Below, piece after piece: positions 1 to 9,023 of a stretch of 64,000 nt of DNA. The stretch is from Clostridia bacterium. Lineage in GTDB: Bacteria > Bacillota > Clostridia > Christensenellales > CAG-138. Location: positions 5,837 through 69,836 of the forward strand of contig JAUNBM010000003.1 in NCBI GenBank assembly GCA_030527115.1, given 5' to 3'. Below the pieces are notes generated by a model. The model was not told where the DNA came from, did no database searches, and saw only the letters and a list, made by a program, of their open reading frames with translations. Position 1 is the stretch's first letter. The number at the start of each line of letters is the position of its first letter. The translations under genes and the position numbers were made by a program.

Positions 1-733
1 TGAAGGGAACGAGATACAGGTCGATCTCGCCGGCGTATGAGGCGACTATGCGCGCCAGTTCCTCCACCTTGTCCCGCGCCCGCTCGCTGGTATAGGGATA
101 GCTGAAAAAATGCACCGCCGCCAGGCTGACCCCGCGCTTTGCAATCATGTGGCCGGCGACGGGGCTGTCGATTCCACCGGAAATCAGGAGCATGGCCTTG
201 CCGTTGCAACCCACGGGCATCCCGCCCTGGCCGCTCAGTTCGCCGGCATAGACGAAGGCGCTGTCCTGCCTTATCTCCACGGTGAGGGGAATCTGCGGGT
301 TATGCACGTCCACCTTAAGCTTTGGGAAGCGCTCCAGAGCCTCATGCCCCAGCTCGCGGCATAGCTGTTCGGAGGTCATGAAAAACCTCTTGTCGGCGCG
401 CCTTGCAAACACCTTGAAGGTTTTGCCGTCCTGCACCCCGGCTTTTTCCAAGACGAAAAACGCGGCGTCCTTGATCTGCTCCCAGTCCTTGTCCACACAG
501 GAGGCGATGCAGAGGGAGTGTATCCCGAAAACCCTGCGAAGCCTGCTTGCGGCGTCCTCGACATGGTCGGGGGGAATATCCATCACGAATATTCTCCCCT
601 GCTCGCGGATGATGCGCGCCCTGTGCGGGGCGAGAGCGGAGTCTATCCTCGAAACAAGCATACGCTCGAAATAGGGGCGGTTAAGCCCTTTCAGATGGAT
701 CTCCGCGTATTTTATGAGTAATGCGGTTTTCAT
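1..733 (-). CDS. thiI: tRNA 4-thiouridine synthase/sulfurtransferase ThiI, N-terminal ~244 aa (gene continues past the left edge)
   Basis: My translation of the minus strand from ATG 733 gives MKTALLIKYAEIHLKGLNRPYFE...AMLLISGGIDSPVAGHMIAKRG, with the PP-loop SGGxDS. It is absent from the ORF track because no stop lies in the window. It sits directly downstream of the cysteine desulfurase. Confidence 0.85.
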   Translation of the reverse strand, partial: MKTALLIKYAEIHLKGLNRPYFERMLVSRIDSALAPHRARIIREQGRIFVMDIPPDHVEDAASRLRRVFGIHSLCIASCVDKDWEQIKDAAFFVLEKAGVQDGKTFKVFARRADKRFFMTSEQLCRELGHEALERFPKLKVDVHNPQIPLTVEIRQDSAFVYAGELSGQGGMPVGCNGKAMLLISGGIDSPVAGHMIAKRGVSLAAVHFFSYPYTSERARDKVEELARIVASYAGEIDLYLVPF

Positions 734-734
734 T

Positions 735-1880
735 TTACCTCCTGCGGTATTTTCGCAACTGAGTAACCAGCTCAATTATTGCCTGGGAAACGAAGTCGAC
801 TTCCTTTAACGTATTGAACGGACAGAAGCTGAATCGCAATGCGCCCTCCTGGCGCGTTCCCAAAACTCCGATAGCACTCAGGACACGGTTCTTGCCCCGC
901 TTGTGCGAGGAGCAGGCCGAGCCGGTCGCCACGCAAACGTCCTTTTGCTCAAGCGCGTGGAGCAACACCTCGGCGCGAACGCCGTCAAACGAAAGATTCA
1001 GGATATGCGGAGCGCCGTTATCCACATCGGGGCCGTTTAGAAAAACGCCCTCCAGTTCGTTTAGATTCAAAAAGAGCCGTTTTTTGCAAAGCAGCATATT
1101 CCGATGCCAAAACTCCAGGTTCTTCCGGTAGATATTCGCGGCGGTCTGCATCGCTAAAATTGCGGGGACGTTTGTCGTTCCGGAGCGGAGATTGTTCTCC
1201 TGCCCTCCGCCAATCTGCCCGCCAAAGAATTTCAGCCCGCTTCTCACCTTCAAAAAACCCACGCCCTTCGGCGCATGGAACTTATGCCCCGAAACGGAGT
1301 ATAAATCAACCGGAAGCTTTTGTAAAGGCAATTTTAAATAGGCCTGCACGCCGTCGGAATGAAACGCCGCGCCGGGGGCTCTTTGCCTTAGGAGGGCGGC
1401 TACGGCTTCGAGATCGGTTATCGTTCCCAACTCGTTGTTAACGTGCATAACCGAGACAAGGGCGGTATCGGCAGAGAGCGCGTCGTCAAGGGCGTCGAGG
1501 CGGACGTGACCTATGTTGTCTACGGGGAGTATCTTTATCTCCGTTTCGGGATCGTTTTTGAAGGCTTGAAAAACCTCGTATACCGAGGGATGTTCAACGG
1601 CGGTCGTGAGGATGCGCTTTTTGCCGCGGCGCGCCTTCAGCGTTCCGAATATCGCCATGTTGTTGGACTCCGTGCCTCCGGAGGTAAATACTATCTCGCC
1701 CGGCGCGCAAAGGAGGCTGTCGGCAAAGTCCTTCCGCGCTGAGTTGATTTGGCGCTCGACGGCGACCGAAGCCGAGTAAGCCCCGGCGGGATTATAGAAA
1801 TCGCGGGTCATAGCCGCAACAGCCGTTTCGGCGGCTTCGGTCAAGACCTGCGTTGTCGCACTGTTGTCAAAATAAATCAT
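735..1880 (-). CDS. cysteine desulfurase (NifS/IscS family, PLP-dependent)
   Basis: 381 aa. MIYFDNSATT N-terminus, SVSGHKFHAPKGVGFL (PLP lysine) and ATGSACSS (active-site Cys loop). Paired with thiI. Confidence 0.9.
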   Translation of the reverse strand: MIYFDNSATTQVLTEAAETAVAAMTRDFYNPAGAYSASVAVERQINSARKDFADSLLCAPGEIVFTSGGTESNNMAIFGTLKARRGKKRILTTAVEHPSVYEVFQAFKNDPETEIKILPVDNIGHVRLDALDDALSADTALVSVMHVNNELGTITDLEAVAALLRQRAPGAAFHSDGVQAYLKLPLQKLPVDLYSVSGHKFHAPKGVGFLKVRSGLKFFGGQIGGGQENNLRSGTTNVPAILAMQTAANIYRKNLEFWHRNMLLCKKRLFLNLNELEGVFLNGPDVDNGAPHILNLSFDGVRAEVLLHALEQKDVCVATGSACSSHKRGKNRVLSAIGVLGTRQEGALRFSFCPFNTLKEVDFVSQAIIELVTQLRKYRRR

Positions 1881-2083
1881 ATCTTGCCACCTTTTGTAGT
1901 TTTACTCCATTCTATGCTTTTTGGCTCATATCCGAATCAATTTATAACATAACATTTTACTGTAGACAAGGAAATATTGCGTTCTTGGCGCGAAAAGTTT
2001 ACATATTTGTAACCTATTGTGTCGGTTTATCCGATATAATATGCTTGTCATTGCATTCGACCAAGAAATTAGGAGGTATCAAT

Positions 2084-4225
2084 ATGATTTGCAAAGAATG
2101 TGGCGCATATAACCCTGACCACGCATCCTACTGCAAGGTTTGCGCCGCGAATTTGAAAGAAGGGACGCAGGGCGGCGCACCGCAAGCCGCCAGCGGTCGT
2201 TACCCCGCGATGGATGATACCCGTCCTTCACGCGGATTCGTGCGCCCGCCGATATGGAGCGCCGCGCCCGTCGATACCGACGAGGTTAAAGCTTCCAAGG
2301 AGAAACCGCTCCCCGCAGAGCCGGTCTATGCGCCCGAGCCCTTTGTACGGGAGAGCGAAGCGGAACAGGTCGATTTAAAAGCAGAACCCAAGGACGAGAT
2401 TCCCGCGCCTGTGGCGGAGGAAGTCACTCCTGTTTTGGACGAGGAGCTTCACGAGGAGCCCGCGCCCGTAGCCGAGGAGAAGCCGCCTTTTCCCGCTTTG
2501 GAGGACGAGGACGAGGCTGAGGACGAGGTGGACGTCATGCCCGACAAAGTTATTGCCGCGCCCGAAACCGCGCACGAGCCCGAACCGCCGACGACGCAGT
2601 GGTCGCCCCGCGAGGTTCGCAAGCTTGAGCGTCAAAGGAGAAAGTCCGTTCAGGAGGATGAGGAGGACGATCTCAAGGCATACAAGAAATATGCCGAGAA
2701 CGAGGATGAGGACGAGGAGCTGGAGGAGGATGAATACGATGAGTATGAATATGTCCCCACCCCGCCGAGAAAGAAAAAATCCAAGCAGAAGAAGGGCGGT
2801 TCGAGCAAGCTGTTCTGGTTCTTGCTGGGGACGCTGATTCTTGTTATCCTGATCGGAGTCGGTTTTGTAGTATACTATGTCGCCACGGGCAGGTCAAGCG
2901 AGCTTCCGGGCTTTTTGAGCAACATAAACTGCGCGGGCGAGCCTGTAACCGACGGCACTCCCGATCCCAACGCAACCGCCGATGCTACGCAGGATCCGAG
3001 CGGAGAGACTCCGACCTCCGACAACAACAATATTCAGCTTTCCCGGGAGACTAACGAGAGCGGCGATCCCTGCATCAGCTTCATCGTGACGTTGCAACCG
3101 GGAGAAACCCTGACGCTGGAACTTCCCAATCGCGATCCCGAGGTTATAACCAACAGCGATACGACCGCGAAGTCCTATGAGCCGGTGATTCCGGAATCCT
3201 GCTACTGGCCGAATACCCCGTTGGAGTCGGCGGTCTATACCGTAACGCCCGAGGCTTATATCGTTGGAGCGGATGGGGTGCAAACGACGTTGAACCTGCC
3301 CTCCTTTGACATAACCTTCCCTGAGATAACCCTGACGCTTACCGCGCCGACAGAGATACCCGAGGAGGGCATAATGGCGGCGGAAGGAAACGTTTTGCAT
3401 ATCGAGGGAACCGTAGGCGAGCATACCGTCTCCGTTTATGTCAACGATGAACAGCAGATAGTATACACCGGCGGCGTGTTCCAATGCGATTATACGCTTC
3501 AATCCGAGGAGCAGTCGGAAACCATAGTGATTCGAGCCGAACAGGACAACTGCGTTTCCGCTCAAACTGAGATTCTCGCAACCCCCTATGTGTTCGTCCC
3601 CGAACCGATGGTGCTGACCGTCGTTCAGGGCGTCGACGCTCTGCGCGCGAGTGAAACCAACAAGGTGACGATCCGCGGAACAACGGTTCCCGGAGCTACG
3701 CTTGCCGCCGTGACGGACAATTCCGACGCCGCCAACTGCGGTTCGGTCTCGGTTGACGCGCTGGGCAACTACACCTTCGATCTGACCTTCAATAGTAACT
3801 ATTACGGACTGGTTAACGTAACCATCAGCGCGGTCAAGGAGGGGCATGAGGAGGCGTCGGTGAGCTGTATCGCAACTCGTATGTTCGATGAACGTTCCGA
3901 CTTCATCAATAACGCCGACGGCTATGTTGAGATTCCCCGTCCGCAAACCATGGCTTATCTGCTTGAAAACGCCGACAACACCGCGCTGGGAGTCCGCCTG
4001 ATTGCCACGGTAGTCGAAACCTTCGAGCAGGACGGCTATACGATAGTGAAGCTGAGCGTAACGAGCGAGGGCACCGAGTACACCGTATATACGATGAACC
4101 AGAGCGTCAGATGGCAGCCGGCGGATAATATCGGCAAGCGGTATAAGGTATACTGCTCACCGAACGGCACCTACGGCGACACGGGAGATATGTTCGTTGT
4201 AACCTGGTTCGCGCTCGCCGATTGA
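2084..4225 (+). CDS. zinc-ribbon membrane protein: N-terminal CxxC-x-CxxC ribbon, long acidic disordered region, one TM helix, ~370-aa extracellular part
   Basis: ATG 2084 follows AGGAGG (2071-2076). MICKECGAYNPDHASYCKVCAANL, then an E/D/P-rich tract, KKKSKQKK-LFWFLLGTLILVILIGVGFVVYYV, then a beta-rich C-terminus. The upstream 77 codons of the track ORF overlap the divergent promoter region. Confidence 0.7.
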   Translation: MICKECGAYNPDHASYCKVCAANLKEGTQGGAPQAASGRYPAMDDTRPSRGFVRPPIWSAAPVDTDEVKASKEKPLPAEPVYAPEPFVRESEAEQVDLKAEPKDEIPAPVAEEVTPVLDEELHEEPAPVAEEKPPFPALEDEDEAEDEVDVMPDKVIAAPETAHEPEPPTTQWSPREVRKLERQRRKSVQEDEEDDLKAYKKYAENEDEDEELEEDEYDEYEYVPTPPRKKKSKQKKGGSSKLFWFLLGTLILVILIGVGFVVYYVATGRSSELPGFLSNINCAGEPVTDGTPDPNATADATQDPSGETPTSDNNNIQLSRETNESGDPCISFIVTLQPGETLTLELPNRDPEVITNSDTTAKSYEPVIPESCYWPNTPLESAVYTVTPEAYIVGADGVQTTLNLPSFDITFPEITLTLTAPTEIPEEGIMAAEGNVLHIEGTVGEHTVSVYVNDEQQIVYTGGVFQCDYTLQSEEQSETIVIRAEQDNCVSAQTEILATPYVFVPEPMVLTVVQGVDALRASETNKVTIRGTTVPGATLAAVTDNSDAANCGSVSVDALGNYTFDLTFNSNYYGLVNVTISAVKEGHEEASVSCIATRMFDERSDFINNADGYVEIPRPQTMAYLLENADNTALGVRLIATVVETFEQDGYTIVKLSVTSEGTEYTVYTMNQSVRWQPADNIGKRYKVYCSPNGTYGDTGDMFVVTWFALAD

Positions 4226-4226
4226 G

Positions 4227-4532
4227 ATGAAAATCTGGGCTAAGACTTTAAAATCACACAAAATAACTTCGGAGGTCGTGCGGGAGTTTGATTCCGCACG
4301 ACCCTCCGATATCGAGGGATGGACGCCCATTTTGGACGCGCTTTGCAAGCCGCTCGATCTGGCACGGCCGGTTATGCTGAGCAATCACATTCGCGATCTA
4401 AACAGGTTCGCCCGAACGGTCTTTCGCTCCGCCGATTTTATGGAGGGCATCGACTTCGATCAGTTTGTAATCGAAATTTTTCCCGAAGAAAAAAAGAAAA
4501 CGAATGAACGCATCATAGTTGAGACATACTAA
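4227..4532 (+). CDS. hypothetical 101-aa protein, start-stop coupled to the zinc-ribbon protein
   Basis: ATG lies 1 nt after the upstream TGA. No family recognised. No TM helix or signal peptide. Confidence 0.5.
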   Translation: MKIWAKTLKSHKITSEVVREFDSARPSDIEGWTPILDALCKPLDLARPVMLSNHIRDLNRFARTVFRSADFMEGIDFDQFVIEIFPEEKKKTNERIIVETY

Positions 4533-4556
4533 TTCCGCATGAAAGGAGTTAGTAGT

Positions 4557-4763
4557 ATGAACATAGTTGCTTTGATACTGATGATAATAGGCGCATTAAA
4601 CTGGGGTCTGGTTGGAATCTTCCAGTTCGACCTGGTAGCCGCGATATTCGGCTACGCCTCCGTCGTCTCGCGAATAATCTATACCCTCGTTGGAATCGCG
4701 GGGCTTTGGGGCATAGTGATGCTCTTTCAGCGCAATGTTCGACGGGTTCCCGCCGCGGAGTGA
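4557..4763 (+). CDS. DUF378-family small membrane protein
   Basis: MNIVALILMIIGALNWGLVGIFQFDLVA... with two TM helices. AAAGGAG lies 8 nt before ATG 4557. The track start at 4539 contains the RBS itself. Confidence 0.75.
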   Translation: MNIVALILMIIGALNWGLVGIFQFDLVAAIFGYASVVSRIIYTLVGIAGLWGIVMLFQRNVRRVPAAE

Positions 4764-4779
4764 GCAAAGCTGAACACTT

Positions 4780-4801
4780 GCCCCTTCGGGGGCTTTTTTT
4801 T
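4780..4801 (+). terminator. intrinsic terminator
   Basis: GCCCC-TTCG-GGGGC followed by a run of nine T. Confidence 0.8.
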
Positions 4802-4854
4802 ATGGCTGTTCAAACCTGCAAAAACCGTGTATAATAGTTCAGGAGGATTTTGCT

Positions 4855-5325
4855 ATGAACGACTGGATTTTACCCGCGATACAACAGCTTCACCGGGGCG
4901 CTTTTTTGATAGTCAAGGGCAACCCGATGACTATCGGCTGGGCTCAGTTTGGAGTTATCTGGGGAAAGCTGTGCTGTACCGTCTATGTGCGCGACAGCCG
5001 CTATACCTACGAGCTGTTAAAGACCGCCGAAGATTTCATGATAAGTTTTCCCGCCGAGGGGACTTTTGAAAAGGAGCTGATAAAATGCGGCACCTATTCC
5101 GGAAAAGACGTGGATAAGATGGCGCTATGCGATATGTCGTTCAATCCCGACGGCCTGGGCATAGCCGGTTGCTCCATCCACCTGAAGGCGAGGATATTGC
5201 AAAGGCGGGAGCTTAGCCCCGAAACGCTGGACGAACAGTTGCGCAAGCAGTATTACCGGGGCGGCGGCGCTCATACGGCATATATCGCTGAGATTGTCGA
5301 AGTGCGAACGGAGGAAATTTCATGA
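4855..5325 (+). CDS. flavin reductase-like (FMN-binding split-barrel) protein
   Basis: 156 aa. Overall pattern of the flavin reductase-like domain family. The call is by resemblance only. Confidence 0.6.
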   Translation: MNDWILPAIQQLHRGAFLIVKGNPMTIGWAQFGVIWGKLCCTVYVRDSRYTYELLKTAEDFMISFPAEGTFEKELIKCGTYSGKDVDKMALCDMSFNPDGLGIAGCSIHLKARILQRRELSPETLDEQLRKQYYRGGGAHTAYIAEIVEVRTEEIS

Positions 5326-5813
5326 AACGGTTGCTCTTACTTCTGCTATGCCTGCTTTTTGCGCTCGGATGCTCCGCGCCGGAGGGGGCTTACCGTCACG
5401 CCCGTTTCGCGCTCGTCCTTCCGGAAGGCTGGGAGCGGGTTCGGGAGGACGGCGCGGTTTGCTTTGCGCCAAACGGCGATCCGGTCAGGAACAGCAATAT
5501 AGTATTCTATGCGACCGACAAGAACTACTATTTCCAAACCTTCGATGAAAGCGACTATATGGCCTATGTATCCGCCTATGACACCTATGAGGATATTGAA
5601 GTTTCGGATTTTGAAACCCTGCGCTTGGACGGTTGGGACGCGCATCGCGTGACCTTTTTTGCGGTGGCGGATCAGGCGCAAATTCAGATAATCCTGTACG
5701 CTGTCGATGCGGACATGACCTATTTCTTCGTCCTGTTCGAGATGGAGGGGGACGAGGTGGCGGCAAGCTTCGATGCGGCCATGCAAAACGTGAAGATATA
5801 TCCTGCCGACTGA
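5322..5813 (+). CDS. lipoprotein of unknown function
   Basis: MKRLLLLLLCLLFALGCSAPEG has a lipobox (LGC). ATGA overlap with the upstream gene. Confidence 0.65.
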   Translation: MKRLLLLLLCLLFALGCSAPEGAYRHARFALVLPEGWERVREDGAVCFAPNGDPVRNSNIVFYATDKNYYFQTFDESDYMAYVSAYDTYEDIEVSDFETLRLDGWDAHRVTFFAVADQAQIQIILYAVDADMTYFFVLFEMEGDEVAASFDAAMQNVKIYPAD

Positions 5814-5814
5814 T

Positions 5815-6546
5815 ATGGAAAACATAGTACTCATCACCGGAGCGTCCGGAACCATAGGAGCCTCGATAGCCCGGCTCTTGAATAAAAAAGGCTATCCGCT
5901 CGCTCTGCACTACCACAATAACGGGGAAGGGGCTGGGCGGCTGGCTTCCGAGTTTTTGCCCGACGGGGCGCCCTATATAACGGTTTGCGCCGACGTGTCG
6001 GATGAAAAGAGCGTGGAGGCGATGTTTAGGGATATAGAGCGCAGGCTGGGGAAGGTTTCCATCCTGATAAACAATGCGGGCTTAGCTCTGCCCCAGAAGC
6101 TGTTTTCAACCTGCACGACGGCGGAATACGAGGCGGTGTTCGACGTCAACGTTCGCGGCGCTATGCTTTGTTCAAAGGCGTGCATTCCGTCGATGACGGC
6201 GCGGCGCAACGGCTGCATAATCAATATAGCGTCCATCTGGGGGCTGGTGGGAGCCTCCTGCGAGGTCATTTATTCGGCGTCGAAGGCGGCGCTCATTGGG
6301 TTTACAAAATCGCTTGCAAAGGAGTTGCTCCCAACGGAAGTGCGGGTGAACTGCATAGCTCCCGGCTTGGTGCTGTCCGAAATGAACGCCCATCTTAGCG
6401 ATGAGGAGCTTGCCGCCGCCTGCATAGAACAGCTTCGCGGCCTGCCGATACCTCCAAATGATGTTGCGGAGGCGTGCGCGTATCTTGTCGAAGCGAAATC
6501 CGTCACGGGTCAGGTTTTGTCGATTGACGGAGGCGCTTCGTTATAG
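5815..6546 (+). CDS. SDR-family oxidoreductase (FabG-like)
   Basis: ITGASGTIGASIA (TGxxxGxG), NNAG and YSASKAAL (YxxxK). Confidence 0.85.
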   Translation: MENIVLITGASGTIGASIARLLNKKGYPLALHYHNNGEGAGRLASEFLPDGAPYITVCADVSDEKSVEAMFRDIERRLGKVSILINNAGLALPQKLFSTCTTAEYEAVFDVNVRGAMLCSKACIPSMTARRNGCIINIASIWGLVGASCEVIYSASKAALIGFTKSLAKELLPTEVRVNCIAPGLVLSEMNAHLSDEELAAACIEQLRGLPIPPNDVAEACAYLVEAKSVTGQVLSIDGGASL

Positions 6547-6664
6547 GCGGCCTTGGAAAAATTCTTTCTTTTGCAACAAATCTATTACAATTTACCGTTA
6601 ATTTCTCATTGACAGCAGTAGAAAAGAAAAGTAAACTAATACCCAGTTAGTAATCGAGGTGTTT

Positions 6665-8236
6665 ATGATAAAGAAGTATCTTGCCGCGCTCCTGTGCCTG
6701 CTGTTCATCTGCTCTTTTGCCGCCGTTCCGACCGCTTTGGCGGACGGCTACGATATGGGATCCATCAATGAAGAATTCGCGATTGTCGTCGACGCCGCGA
6801 ACCCTTCGGTAGCCCTGTACGGCATGGAGAAGAACGCCGACGCGATGGCGTATCCCGCAAGTACGACGAAGATTCTTACCTGTATAATCGCGCTGGAGCG
6901 TTGCTCGCTCGACGAGGTTGTTACCGTCAGCGCGACGGCAACGGATTTCTCCAGCCAGAATTCCCTGATGGGGCTGATAACCGACGAACAATGCACCATG
7001 CGCGACCTGCTCTACGGGCTGATGCTCGTATCCGGTAACGATGCGGCGGTCGCCATAGCCGAGCATATTTCGGGCTCGCAGGACGCATTTTCCGACCTTA
7101 TGAACAGCAAGGCGCGCGAGATAGGGATGACCAATTCCAACTTCATCACCCCCAACGGCCGGCATAAGGACGAGCATTATACCACGGCGCGCGACATGGC
7201 GATACTGACCGCCTATGCGCTTCAAAACACAACTTTTTGCGAGATAGTGGGAACCGTCTCCTATACGACGGAGCAAACTAACAAGTCCGCTTCGAGAACG
7301 ATGCAAAATTCCAACCGCCTGCTCGTGGATCTGCCCGCCTCCGACGGCTATACCCCCGTCTCCTGCCTCTATGAGGATGCGATAGGGGTAAAGACCGGAG
7401 ATACCGATAAGGCGGGCAAATGCCTCGTCGCCGCGGCTGAACGCGACGGAGTAACGCTTATAGCGGTTTTGCTCAACGGCTCGCAAACCAACTCCACGAT
7501 GACAACGGAGGAGCGGGACGCAAGGAACGCCCGCCGCTTCCAAGACGCCGCCGCCCTGTTCAACTATGCCTTTGATTCCATGGTTGAGACGGTCGCGGTG
7601 TCCGAGCTTATCACGCTGGGGCTTCCGACGACCTTCCAGTTGCAGGCGAACAATTATGCCGAGTCCGACGCGTATGCGGGCCAGTTTGACGCCGCCGCGC
7701 AAATAGACTCAACGCTCACGATTTCGCTCATGTCCAACGCGATGAGCAGTCTCAAGAGCCGGCTGTCCGAGCTGGCGGTTGTAAAAACCTCGACGATCTA
7801 TGCGCCCGTGCGCAACGGCGATATCGTCGGCACCGTGGATTATGTATTCGAGGACAGGGTGCTGTTCTCGGCAAATCTTATAGCCTCCCGCGATGTTGCG
7901 GAGGGCGTTATAGCCACCACTCCGCTTCCCACCGACACAGCCTCCGAACTGCAAACCGCCGATCCCTCGTCCGGAACGACAGGGCTGATTTCAAGCCCAA
8001 CGTCCACGCCGGGGACTTCCGGAGATGGGGAGGGAGACGGCTCATGGCTCCTTTATCTGGTAATCGGAGCAGTTATCCTGGTGCTTCTGCTGATCGTCGC
8101 AGTATTGATAATCCGTGCGGTGAACGAGCGCAAACGCAGGCTCGCGAGGGAGAAAAGACGGAGACAGATGCAAAGGCGAATGCAGGATCAACAGCGCGTA
8201 TACCGGGACCGCCAAAGACCTACTGATAAATTTTGA
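6665..8236 (+). CDS. D-alanyl-D-alanine carboxypeptidase (PBP5/DacB-like) with C-terminal TM helix and basic tail
   Basis: Signal peptide, then ASTTK (SxxK), SGND (SxN) and KTGDT (KTG). The start could be GTG 6659 or ATG 6665. Confidence 0.85.
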   Translation: MIKKYLAALLCLLFICSFAAVPTALADGYDMGSINEEFAIVVDAANPSVALYGMEKNADAMAYPASTTKILTCIIALERCSLDEVVTVSATATDFSSQNSLMGLITDEQCTMRDLLYGLMLVSGNDAAVAIAEHISGSQDAFSDLMNSKAREIGMTNSNFITPNGRHKDEHYTTARDMAILTAYALQNTTFCEIVGTVSYTTEQTNKSASRTMQNSNRLLVDLPASDGYTPVSCLYEDAIGVKTGDTDKAGKCLVAAAERDGVTLIAVLLNGSQTNSTMTTEERDARNARRFQDAAALFNYAFDSMVETVAVSELITLGLPTTFQLQANNYAESDAYAGQFDAAAQIDSTLTISLMSNAMSSLKSRLSELAVVKTSTIYAPVRNGDIVGTVDYVFEDRVLFSANLIASRDVAEGVIATTPLPTDTASELQTADPSSGTTGLISSPTSTPGTSGDGEGDGSWLLYLVIGAVILVLLLIVAVLIIRAVNERKRRLAREKRRRQMQRRMQDQQRVYRDRQRPTDKF

Positions 8237-8384
8237 CATACTCGCGCGCCAAGCGCGGCGCCACGTTGACCGTTTTAATCGTGCCGGTCGCAAAAAGCGC
8301 GGGCAACGCTTTGCTTTTATGCCCAAAGCCTGCTTCTTATGTTGCCAACAGCGCGTTTTTTTCAAAAAAGTTGGAATAAAGGTG

Positions 8385-8413
8385 TTGACAAGCGAAAAAT
8401 TACTGTTTATAAT
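8385..8413 (+). promoter_or_regulatory. sigma-A-type promoter for the tRNA pair
   Basis: TTGACA (8385-8390), 17 nt, TATAAT (8408-8413). The tRNA starts 12 nt further on. Confidence 0.7.
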
Positions 8414-8424
8414 AAACTTCGTTC

Positions 8425-8500
8425 GCGGGAGTAGCTCATTTGGTAGAGCGCAGCCTTGCCAAGGCTGAGGTGGCGGGTTCGAGCCCCGTCTCCCGCTCCA
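8425..8500 (+). tRNA. tRNA-Gly (anticodon GCC), CCA encoded
   Basis: The cloverleaf folds by hand: acceptor GCGGGAG/CTCCCGC, anticodon arm CAGCC-TTGCCAA-GGCTG, T-arm GGCGGGTTCGAGCCCCGTC. Confidence 0.9.
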
Positions 8501-8506
8501 TTTTTT

Positions 8507-8583
8507 GCCTCCTTAGCTCAGCTGGCTAGAGCACCTGACTCTTAATCAGGGTGTCCAGGGTTCGAATCCCTGAGGGGGTACCA
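8507..8583 (+). tRNA. tRNA-Lys (anticodon CTT), CCA encoded
   Basis: D-arm GCTCAGCTGGCTAGAGC, anticodon arm CCTGA-CTCTTAA-TCAGG, T-arm CAGGGTTCGAATCCCTG. The acceptor stem has two G-U pairs. Confidence 0.85.
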
Positions 8584-8607
8584 GGTCGCGATAGACTTCG
8601 CGGTTCG

Positions 8608-8638
8608 TCCCGTTCGGATAATCCGGACGGGATTTATT
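8608..8638 (+). terminator. intrinsic terminator after the tRNAs
   Basis: TCCCGTTCGG-ATAAT-CCGGACGGGA followed by TTTATT. Confidence 0.65.
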
Positions 8639-8714
8639 GTTAGAGTGCCCTCCCTAAAGCCAGAAAAGTCACTTTATCCTTTTCAAACCTTTCCGATTGT
8701 GCTATTATTTTGTT

Positions 8715-9023
8715 ATGAACAGCTTTGAACTCATTTATTCCGTTGTCAAACGCATTCCGCGTGGCAGGGTGGCGACCTACGGCCAGATCGCCGGGCTTGC
8801 GGGGAATCCGCGCTGGTCGCGGGTCGTGGGCTATGCGCTTCACGTCAATCCCGATCCGGCGACTATCCCGTGTCACCGCGTGGTAAACCGGCGCGGCGAA
8901 CCGTCGAAAGCCTTTGTTTTCGGGGGCGAGAACCGCCAAATAGAACTGCTTGAGCGCGAAGGGGTCGTTATTTGCGACGGGCATGTGGATCTGGAGAAGT
9001 ATCTTTGGAGGGCGGCACAATGA
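8715..9023 (+). CDS. MGMT-family DNA-binding domain protein (stand-alone O6-alkylguanine transferase C-terminal domain, active-site Cys retained)
   Basis: RIPRGRVATYGQIA...IPCHRVV (PCHR motif), ~100 aa. Confidence 0.8.
   Translation: MNSFELIYSVVKRIPRGRVATYGQIAGLAGNPRWSRVVGYALHVNPDPATIPCHRVVNRRGEPSKAFVFGGENRQIELLEREGVVICDGHVDLEKYLWRAAQ

Noticed and set aside
1853-2083. A 77-codon N-terminal extension of the zinc-ribbon protein ORF. Similar extensions occur at 9535-9777, 8972-9019, 51148-51228, 28215-28268 and 39105-39221.
   Set aside because: The extensions overlap the upstream gene or promoter region and lack an RBS. An internal start with a strong Shine-Dalgarno sequence begins exactly at the recognisable N-terminus (zinc ribbon, signal peptide or lipobox).
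6647-7702. A 351-aa minus-strand ORF.
   Set aside because: It is antisense to the DD-carboxypeptidase gene, which has the SxxK/SxN/KTG motifs.
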